DNA of 33,936 bases from Clostridia bacterium (GTDB taxonomy: Bacteria; Bacillota; Clostridia; UMGS1840). Shown here piece after piece: positions 1-9,821 of this stretch; the first letter of the stretch is position 1, and each line of letters opens with the position of its first letter. The notes beneath the pieces are model-generated. The model saw only the letters and a program-made list of their open reading frames with translations, ran no database searches and was not told where the DNA came from. The position numbers and the translations under genes are program-made. The stretch covers positions 1 to 33,936 of the forward strand of contig JAFYVF010000116.1 of assembly GCA_017549265.1 (NCBI GenBank). The letters run 5' to 3'.

Positions 1-477
1 CAACGAGTAGACGATGCTTTAAAATGTGTGGGAATGTATGAATACCGCTTGTGGTCGCCCCATCATTTGTCGGGCGGACAGAAACAGCGAGTTGCCATTG
101 CAGGAGTGGTTGCAATGCGTCCTTCCGTGATTGTGTTAGATGAACCTACCGCCATGCTGGACCCCAAAGGCAGACGGGAAGTGGTGGAAACCATTCAGCG
201 CTTAAACCGTGATTATGGTATTACCGCTGTTCTGATTACCCATAATATGGACGAAGCGGCGTTGGCTGACCGTATTGTGGTGATGGAAGAAGGAAAAATT
301 CTGTTGGACGGAACCCCAAAAGAAATTTTTTCGGAGTATGAAATTTTAAAACATACAGGATTGGACGTTCCCCAGATTACCGCATTGTCTTACGAACTGC
401 ATAAGGCAGGTGTTCCCATTGACAGTTGTATTTTATCTGTGGATGAATTTGTGGAACAGATTACGAAGGTATTATAG
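1..477 (+). CDS. ecfA1: Energy-coupling factor (ECF) transporter ATPase A1, 5'-truncated by window edge
   Basis: Frame is open from base 1 ([12 protein letters not shown]...). ABC signature LSGGQKQR, Walker B IVLDEPT, H-loop ITH. Directly precedes ecfA2-ecfT-truA, the conserved Firmicute order. Confidence 0.93.
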   Translation, partial: QRVDDALKCVGMYEYRLWSPHHLSGGQKQRVAIAGVVAMRPSVIVLDEPTAMLDPKGRREVVETIQRLNRDYGITAVLITHNMDEAALADRIVVMEEGKILLDGTPKEIFSEYEILKHTGLDVPQITALSYELHKAGVPIDSCILSVDEFVEQITKVL

Positions 478-494
478 AAAAACGGTGAAAAAAA

Positions 495-1349
495 TTGAAC
501 TTAAAAGTTGAGAATTTATCATATATTTACGCACCCGGTACTCCACACGAAAAGCATGCGATAAAAGATATTTCTTTTTCGGTAGAAAGCGGAGAATTCA
601 TCGGGTTAATCGGACATTCCGGCAGCGGTAAATCCACCTTGGTGCAACAGTTAAACGGTCTGGAAAAACCAACTTCCGGTACCATTACTGTGGGAGACCG
701 TGTGATAACCGGTAAAAATGCAGATACCAAAGGTCTTTGCTTTGAAGTCGGTTTGGTATTCCAGTATCCCGAACAGCAGTTGTTTGCGGAAACTATTTAT
801 CAGGATATTGCATTCGGTCCCTCCAATATGGGCTTGTCTCAGAAGGAAATTGACCTTCGTGTGCGCACAGCGATGGAGCTGGTAGGCTTGCCGTTTTCTA
901 TGGCGGAAAAATCCCCCTTTGCTGTTTCGGGCGGACAGAAACGCCGCGTGGCAATCGCAGGAGTACTTGCAATGGAACCCGGTATTTTAATCTTAGATGA
1001 ACCTACTGCGGGACTGGATCCCAAAGGAAGAGATGAAATTTTAGACAGCATCCGAAAAATTCATAAACAAATGGGAATGACGGTTATTTTGGTATCGCAC
1101 AGTATGGAAGATGTTGCCAAATATTGTGACAGATTATTGGTGTTAAACGAGGGAGAACTTATGCTTTCGGGGACCTTAGCGGAAGTGTTCTCCCACGCAG
1201 ATGAATTAAAAAAAGTGGGACTTTCTGTGCCTCAGGTTACCCAAATGGCGCAAAAGCTCCGTGAAAAGGATATCAATCTCCCCGAGAATATTTTTACCGT
1301 ACAGGATGCATTACAAGAAATTTTGAAATTACGAGGCAAATTATGTTAA
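495..1349 (+). CDS. ecfA2: ECF transporter ATPase A2
   Basis: Walker A GHSGSGKST, Q-loop FQYPEQQLF, signature SGGQKRR, LILDEPTAGLDP. N-terminal Y-x-PGTP typical of EcfA2. TTG start. Confidence 0.93.
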   Translation: MNLKVENLSYIYAPGTPHEKHAIKDISFSVESGEFIGLIGHSGSGKSTLVQQLNGLEKPTSGTITVGDRVITGKNADTKGLCFEVGLVFQYPEQQLFAETIYQDIAFGPSNMGLSQKEIDLRVRTAMELVGLPFSMAEKSPFAVSGGQKRRVAIAGVLAMEPGILILDEPTAGLDPKGRDEILDSIRKIHKQMGMTVILVSHSMEDVAKYCDRLLVLNEGELMLSGTLAEVFSHADELKKVGLSVPQVTQMAQKLREKDINLPENIFTVQDALQEILKLRGKLC

Positions 1350-2152
1350 AAGATATTACCATCGGGCAGTATTATCCGTCGGAATCGGTGGTTCATAAAC
1401 TAGACCCGAGATTAAAAATATTACTGACTTTGGCGTACATTGTTGCCATCTTCTTTATCGGTAATTTTTGGGGTTTTTTGGCACTTGGTGTAAGCTGTAT
1501 GCTACTTTCCAAAATTTCAAAAATCCCAATGAAATATTTACTCAAAAGCTTAAAACCTTTGATTGTGCTAATGGCAATTACCGCACTTCTTAATTTGTTT
1601 ATGACAGACGGGAAAGTACTGTGGCAATGGGGGATTTTTCGGATTACCGAGGAAGGAATCTCCATGGCGGCGTTTATGTTGCTCCGAGTAAGTTTTCTGG
1701 TTTTGGGAACCTCTTTTTTAACCTATACCACCACTCCCATTACCTTAACTGCGGGGATTGAAAGTTTGTTAAAACCGTTAAAGAAAATCAAAGTCCCTGC
1801 TCACGAAATTGCAATGATGATGTCCATTGCACTTCGCTTTATTCCCACTTTAATTGAAGAAACTGACAAGATTATGTCGGCTCAGAAGGCAAGGGGAGCG
1901 GCGTTATCCGAAGGCAACATTTTAAAGCGTGCCAAAGCACTGATTCCTATTCTGATTCCTTTGTTTATTTCCGCATTTCGTCGTGCTGACGAATTGGCTG
2001 TGGCGATGGAATCCCGTTGCTATCACGGTGGCGATAATCGTACGAAAATGAATTTTCTTCGGTATGGGAAAAAAGACACCGTTGCACTGCTTGTTTTTGT
2101 GTTGGTTTTTGCTGGGATTCTTTGTCTTAACCTCTTAGGAGGACTCTTATGA
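1343..2152 (+). CDS. ecfT: ECF transporter transmembrane component T
   Basis: MLKDITIGQYYP..S.VHKLDPR N-terminus, several hydrophobic helices, coupling-helix motifs AQKARG and AMESR. Confidence 0.93.
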   Translation: MLKDITIGQYYPSESVVHKLDPRLKILLTLAYIVAIFFIGNFWGFLALGVSCMLLSKISKIPMKYLLKSLKPLIVLMAITALLNLFMTDGKVLWQWGIFRITEEGISMAAFMLLRVSFLVLGTSFLTYTTTPITLTAGIESLLKPLKKIKVPAHEIAMMMSIALRFIPTLIEETDKIMSAQKARGAALSEGNILKRAKALIPILIPLFISAFRRADELAVAMESRCYHGGDNRTKMNFLRYGKKDTVALLVFVLVFAGILCLNLLGGLL

Positions 2153-2910
2153 GAAATTTATTGTTTCAGATTTCTTATGACGGCACCAATTATCATGGGT
2201 TTCAGTGTCAGGACGGACAGATTACCATTCAAAGTGAATTGGAACGTGTGTTAAATATTCTAACAAATGAAAATCTGCGGATTACAGGATGCGGCAGAAC
2301 CGATGCGGGCGTGCACGCCATTCGTTATTACTTTAATGTAAAAACCGAGTCTCCCATTCCCTGTGACCGGTTTGTGTTGGCAATGAATTCGTTGTTGCCG
2401 GATGATATTACGGTGCGAAGCTGTCGGGAAGTTCCCGAGGATTTTCACGCTCGCTTTTCACCAAAATACAAAACTTATGTATATCGGATTTTAAACAAAC
2501 GAAATCCTGAAGCACTCCGTTATCATCGAAGCTATTTTTATCCAATTATGCTGGATATAAAAAAAATGCAGGATGCTTGCAGTGTCATCATCGGGGAAAA
2601 GGATTTTCGATGCTTTATGGCATCGGGAGGTCAGGTGAAAACGACTGTCAGAAACGTGACGGAATTAAGCGTAACTCCCGTTGATGATGAAATTGAAATC
2701 CGCGTTAGCGCCAATGGATTTTTATATAATATGGTGCGTATCATTGTGGGCACATTGATTCAGATTGGTATCGGCAAAATGACCAAGGAAGAACTGGAGA
2801 AAATCATTTTTGAAAAAAATCGTACTGATGCCGGAATGACAGTGCCCCCCCACGGATTATACTTATACGATGTGTATTACGAATTAGATGAAAGGACCGG
2901 GTCTAAATGA
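2149..2910 (+). CDS. truA: tRNA pseudouridine(38-40) synthase
   Basis: YDGTNYHGFQ, catalytic GRTDAGVHA, FHARF, GFLYNMVRIIVG, PPHGLYL. ATGA overlap with ecfT. Confidence 0.96.
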   Translation: MRNLLFQISYDGTNYHGFQCQDGQITIQSELERVLNILTNENLRITGCGRTDAGVHAIRYYFNVKTESPIPCDRFVLAMNSLLPDDITVRSCREVPEDFHARFSPKYKTYVYRILNKRNPEALRYHRSYFYPIMLDIKKMQDACSVIIGEKDFRCFMASGGQVKTTVRNVTELSVTPVDDEIEIRVSANGFLYNMVRIIVGTLIQIGIGKMTKEELEKIIFEKNRTDAGMTVPPHGLYLYDVYYELDERTGSK

Positions 2911-4064
2911 GAAAGAAGACTACTACCGTTGAAGAACAGCGGGAAGCCAGAAGACTTCGTCTTGCGAAAAAGAAGAAAACAAGGTTTTTAAAATGGCTGT
3001 GGATTCCTGTGGTTATTTTTCTGATACTTTTGGGAATTAACTACTTGTATGAGATCGAAGTGCTTCCCATTTATCCTCCTGCCGAAACCGCATATTACAC
3101 TTCCGGGAATCACTGTAGCGGTATTTATCTGAAGGATCAGTATTATCTGACAACTGCAGACGGTATCAAAACATTGGATATCAGAGGACGGGAAACGAAT
3201 TCTGAATTGACGGCTTCTGTTTCCACTTTTGTGAAAGCAATGAGCGAGCCTGTTTACGAAAAAAGTGATAACACTGTTTTGGTTTATGATGCTCTGGGGA
3301 CTTCAGCTTTATTGTATAATGAATCAGGTATCATTACACCTTTTAGCTTTCGTGGTAAAATATCCATTGCCCGCATGAATCACAAAGGAGATTTTGTGGT
3401 TATCGTCAATGAAGAAGGTTCCAAAGCAGCCGTGAAAGTCTATGATAATTACGGGAATGAACGCTACACCTGGTATTCCGGAACGGGATATGTGGTGGAT
3501 GCTATGATCAATCCGGATAACGATATGATGGCAGTCCTGACCAACGATGTTTCCGAAGGCGGTATTACTTCCAAAGTGTTGTATTTCCGTATGGATTCAG
3601 CGGAACCGATCAAGGGGCAGGTAATCGGTGACCACGTTGCCGGTTCTGTTTCGTATCGTGGCGGAGAAACCTTTGTTTTATGTACCGATGGTTTATACTT
3701 ACTGACCGATGGGGGAAATTTAAGCCGAATTGTGGATGTACAGGGTCGTGAACTAAGATTATTTGATTATTTTACAGACGGCTCTATATTACTTTGTTTC
3801 CAGAGTGATTCGGTGGATTCATATCAATGTGAAATTTATGACCGTAGCGGTAAACAGACAGCACAGTTTGGGTTAAATGCGTTTGTCCGTATTGGTGATA
3901 TTGCTGATGACAAATTTGTAGTTCACACGAAACGTGAATTCTACAATGTGACAAATCGTGGTAAAATTATGAAAAGTGCTGTGATGGATTACGATATTCA
4001 AAACGTAACCTACTTCCAGAACCGGATTGCCGTAATTGGTCAAGACCGCATGATGTTGAAATAA
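2907..4064 (+). CDS. Membrane-anchored, probably beta-propeller-like protein of unknown function (possibly DUF5711-like)
   Basis: 385-aa ORF with a basic N-terminus, one hydrophobic helix (WLWIPVVIFLILLGI) and then repeated short beta-strand/Gly-turn units (VYDNYG, IYDRSG). ATGA coupling to truA. Family assignment is from recollection only. Confidence 0.6.
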   Translation: MRKKTTTVEEQREARRLRLAKKKKTRFLKWLWIPVVIFLILLGINYLYEIEVLPIYPPAETAYYTSGNHCSGIYLKDQYYLTTADGIKTLDIRGRETNSELTASVSTFVKAMSEPVYEKSDNTVLVYDALGTSALLYNESGIITPFSFRGKISIARMNHKGDFVVIVNEEGSKAAVKVYDNYGNERYTWYSGTGYVVDAMINPDNDMMAVLTNDVSEGGITSKVLYFRMDSAEPIKGQVIGDHVAGSVSYRGGETFVLCTDGLYLLTDGGNLSRIVDVQGRELRLFDYFTDGSILLCFQSDSVDSYQCEIYDRSGKQTAQFGLNAFVRIGDIADDKFVVHTKREFYNVTNRGKIMKSAVMDYDIQNVTYFQNRIAVIGQDRMMLK

Positions 4065-4132
4065 TTTTTCCCTATCTTGATATTACTCAAATATTTTGGA
4101 ACATTTTAATATTGTAAAAGGAGAGAATTGCT

Positions 4133-6753
<2,621 letters not shown>

Positions 6754-6776
6754 CGTTTTTGCCCGAAAATTAGGTC

Positions 6777-6805
6777 TTGATTTTTTTTTCACAATGTGTT
6801 ATAAT
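6777..6805 (+). promoter_or_regulatory. Sigma-A promoter (TTGATT-17 bp-TATAAT with extended -10 TG)
   Basis: TTGATT 6777-6782, 17-bp spacer, TG at 6797-6798, TATAAT 6800-6805, 46 nt upstream of the hisB-like start. Confidence 0.8.
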
Positions 6806-6815
6806 ATCACTTACG

Positions 6816-6832
6816 TATATTCTGTGAATATA
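6816..6832. promoter_or_regulatory. Perfect 7-bp inverted repeat TATATTC-TGT-GAATATA, candidate operator or 5' hairpin
   Basis: Seen directly, just downstream of the predicted transcription start and before the RBS (AAAGGA). Confidence 0.4.
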
Positions 6833-6851
6833 TCAGGAAAGGAAAAACCTT

Positions 6852-7478
6852 ATGAAAACTACTGTTACCGTAACACGTACCACCACTGAATCCAATATGA
6901 AGGTAGCTTGTGATTTTCGTGCACTTGCAGCAGATTATCGCAAGAAAATCAACACGCCCTATCCGTTTTTAAATCATATGATTGAACATATTGCATATCG
7001 GGCAGGAATTACCGTGGAAACTAACGTAGAGTTAAATACGTTTGTGTTATCTCATGTAGTTTTTGAGGACCTTGGTATTGCATTCGGGAAAGCGCTGAAA
7101 ACTTATGTTTTGGAAAATGCTTCCCAAGGTGTAACAGGCTTTGGCGACGGTGTTGGAATCATTGATGAAGCCTACGCAGAAGCTGCCATCAGCTTTGAAG
7201 AACGCGCATATTTTAACTTTACCAATGATGCAGGTAAACTTGCGGAAACGACCGAGGGAGTTGCAACCGAGGATTTATTTGTCTTTTTGGAAGGTGTGGC
7301 ACAAGGTGCTCAGGCAACCTTACATATCAATTTAAGAAAAGGCACCAACATGCATCACATTTTTGAAGCCATTTACCGTGCGTTTGGTATTTGCTTAAAA
7401 CGTGCATTATGCTGTGATGAAACCAGAATCGGATTAACCTCCGGCGTTGCAGGAAAAATTGATTTTGTTATTGAGTAA
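6852..7478 (+). CDS. Imidazoleglycerol-phosphate dehydratase (HisB/IGPD)-like protein, divergent
   Basis: RTTTE, PFLNHM, EDLGIAFG, IDEA, TLH and GTNMHHIFEA match the IGPD fold motifs. However the first DxHHxxE motif reads LSHVVFE, and the RYG and PSTKG motifs are altered. Confidence 0.75.
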   Translation: MKTTVTVTRTTTESNMKVACDFRALAADYRKKINTPYPFLNHMIEHIAYRAGITVETNVELNTFVLSHVVFEDLGIAFGKALKTYVLENASQGVTGFGDGVGIIDEAYAEAAISFEERAYFNFTNDAGKLAETTEGVATEDLFVFLEGVAQGAQATLHINLRKGTNMHHIFEAIYRAFGICLKRALCCDETRIGLTSGVAGKIDFVIE

Positions 7479-7519
7479 TTTATCATTTTATAAACAAATA
7501 AGATAGGAGAAACATTATT

Positions 7520-8569
7520 ATGGACGACGGGCATTCCGGGAAGTTTAGTACCGTATTGTTCGATTTAGACGGTGTGATCACCGGCGAACAAGCCTATTGG
7601 AAGGCGGCAGCACTGACTGTGTATGAGTATTTTTATGAGGATTTGGAGTTAAACAGTGAATTCTGTTACGAAGAAGTGGATTCTATTATGAATACTGTTT
7701 TTTCTTATCAGGAAACCGTGGTTACTTTAAAATCTTTAGGTTTAAATTCCAATTGGGATTTGGCATATGCAGTAATTTTATCCACCGATATTTTAAAAAG
7801 TGAGGGCATTGAAGATGAAGAAATCTTTGCGATGGTGCCCGAATTTTTGGCAGACAAAAATATTTTGGCTCCGGAACTATTAGAAGTGTTGGCACAGGAA
7901 TACGAAGAAATATTCAACTACCCTGAAGGATACGCCAGAAAGGGTGGCGAGTTCTATGATGAAATCGTGAAGAAATTTCAGCATTGGTATCTGGGAGACG
8001 AAGGCTATGTAGCCCAGTATCATGAGCCGGTACCGATGGAAAAGGGGAATATCGGATTGGTGGATTCCGAAGAACCTCTTTTGGGATTATCGGAAACACA
8101 AGCCTTATTAAAAGAGCTTCATGATGCAGGCTATATGCTTGGTATCGGTAGTGGACGTCCCCGCCGGGAATTGGAACTTCCTTTGCAGAATTGGGGAGTG
8201 TTTCATTATTTTGACAAAGAAAGAATCGTTAGCTATGATGATGTTCTTTTCTGGCAAAAAGAATACCAAAAACAGCAAAACGTGGATGAAAAATTGGTGA
8301 AACCGCATCCTTTTCAGTTTGTGAAAGGTGCCTGCGGTAGCGATTTTTCTTTGGAAAAACTAAAAAATAAAGAAGACTTCAGCCATGTTTTAGTGGTGGG
8401 AGATGCACTTTGCGATTTGATTGCTGCCCACGATGCGGGATGTAAATTCTGTGCCGTATTAACAGGGGTAGACGGCAAAGATGCGCGTACATTTTTTGAA
8501 AATATGGGAGCAGATTATATTTTGGAAGATGCAACTGAGCTTCCCAAAATTCTGTTGCCGAAAGAATAA
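7520..8569 (+). CDS. HAD-superfamily hydrolase with large cap domain
   Basis: Motif I FDLDGV, motif II IGSGR, motif III KPHP, motif IV VGDALCD. About 190 aa between motifs I and II, including LGLNSNWD. RBS AGGAG. Confidence 0.85.
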   Translation: MDDGHSGKFSTVLFDLDGVITGEQAYWKAAALTVYEYFYEDLELNSEFCYEEVDSIMNTVFSYQETVVTLKSLGLNSNWDLAYAVILSTDILKSEGIEDEEIFAMVPEFLADKNILAPELLEVLAQEYEEIFNYPEGYARKGGEFYDEIVKKFQHWYLGDEGYVAQYHEPVPMEKGNIGLVDSEEPLLGLSETQALLKELHDAGYMLGIGSGRPRRELELPLQNWGVFHYFDKERIVSYDDVLFWQKEYQKQQNVDEKLVKPHPFQFVKGACGSDFSLEKLKNKEDFSHVLVVGDALCDLIAAHDAGCKFCAVLTGVDGKDARTFFENMGADYILEDATELPKILLPKE

Positions 8570-8596
8570 ATGTTTGAGAAAGGGAAGAAGGCCATT

Positions 8597-9124
8597 ATGG
8601 AAATCAAATTACACACTTCTGAAGTAGAAAAAATTAAAAACTTAAAAGCAGGGGATATGGTTCTGCTCTCCGGCGTTATTTATACAGCCCGAGATGCTGC
8701 GCATAAGAGAATGACCGATGCTTTGGCAGCAGGCGAAGAATTGCCCTTGGATATTAAAGATGCAATTATTTATTATGCAGGTCCCACCCCTCCGAAGCCG
8801 GGTGAAGTGATTGGTTCTTGCGGACCCACCACCAGCTACCGTATGGATAAATATGCGCCCACTTTGTTGGATGAAGGTCAGCTTGGTATGATCGGAAAAG
8901 GTCTCAGAAACCAGGATGTTATTGATGCAATCAAACGTAACCAGGGAATTTATTTTGCTGCAATCGGCGGTGCGGGTGCGTTAATTTCCAAATCTATCAA
9001 AAAAGCAGAAGTAATTGCTTATGAAGATTTAGGTGCAGAAGCATTGCGCAGATTAGAAGTGGAAGATTTGTCATTAACCGTTGTAATTGATAAAGACGGC
9101 AACAATCTGTATGACAGAGCTTAA
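8597..9124 (+). CDS. Fe-S type fumarate/tartrate hydro-lyase beta subunit (class I fumarase C-terminal domain)
   Basis: LSGVIYTARDAAHKR, YYAGP, GPTTSYRMD, MIGKG, GGAGAL, EDLGAEA, IDKDGNNLY. Start could be ATG 8570 (directly after the HAD stop) or ATG 8597. Confidence 0.92.
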   Translation: MEIKLHTSEVEKIKNLKAGDMVLLSGVIYTARDAAHKRMTDALAAGEELPLDIKDAIIYYAGPTPPKPGEVIGSCGPTTSYRMDKYAPTLLDEGQLGMIGKGLRNQDVIDAIKRNQGIYFAAIGGAGALISKSIKKAEVIAYEDLGAEALRRLEVEDLSLTVVIDKDGNNLYDRA

Positions 9125-9821
9125 GAAAAAATCTGTATCGACCTCCACTCACGATGGGCACCGACAGAGACTTCGTGCTAAATTATTGTCGTCTCAGTTT
9201 GACTATCTTTGTCAGCATGAGCTGCTGGAACTTTTAACTTTTTATTCTATCCCCAGAAAGGATACGAATGAACTTGCTCATACCATTTTGAATTACTATG
9301 GCAATGATTTTTCTGCCGTTTTTGAGGCGAGTCCGGGAGAGCTTAAAAAGATTCCCGGTGTTGGAGAAAATACGGCAGCGCTGATTGCTTTGGTAAGTTG
9401 TATTATCCGTGAGCTTGAGAAGGAAAAACTGAAGGAAATGCAGGTGCTAAACACCACTGCAGAGATTGGCGAATATGTGATGCGACTGTTTTCGGGTCAC
9501 CGTAAAGAAGTGTTTTACGCAATCTTTTTAAATAACAGTCATAAGGTGCTTGCTTATTCTAAAATTACAGAGGGATCTGTTAACGAAATAACGGTGGAAC
9601 CTCGAAAAATTGTGGAAGAAGCACTGAAGTTTCCAAAAACCAAACAGGTGATTTTGGCCCATAATCATCCTAGCGGCAACCTTTCGCCCAGTGGTGCAGA
9701 TTTGGATACAACACGGCTGATTACACGGGCTTTGAATACTTTGGATATTCGTGTCAGAGACCATATTGTAGTGTCGGGACGGCAGTATTACAGTTTTTCG
9801 GAAAATGAATTACTGTTCTGA
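9111..9821 (+). CDS. radC: RadC (UPF0758) JAB/MPN-domain protein
   Basis: HDGHRQRLR, ELLELL..SIPRKDTNELA, HhH IPGVGE, JAB motif LAHNHPSG...PS.AD and DHIVV. Confidence 0.93.
   Translation: MTELKKKSVSTSTHDGHRQRLRAKLLSSQFDYLCQHELLELLTFYSIPRKDTNELAHTILNYYGNDFSAVFEASPGELKKIPGVGENTAALIALVSCIIRELEKEKLKEMQVLNTTAEIGEYVMRLFSGHRKEVFYAIFLNNSHKVLAYSKITEGSVNEITVEPRKIVEEALKFPKTKQVILAHNHPSGNLSPSGADLDTTRLITRALNTLDIRVRDHIVVSGRQYYSFSENELLF

Noticed and set aside
4065-4132. Possible promoter upstream of the cvpA-like gene (TTGATA ... CATTTTA)
   Set aside because: The spacing does not fit sigma-A, -E, -F or -G consensus convincingly.
9111-9821. radC as a marker of a mobile element or anti-defence locus
   Set aside because: It is the full-length chromosomal form with the N-terminal HhH region, and no integrase or conjugation genes are nearby.
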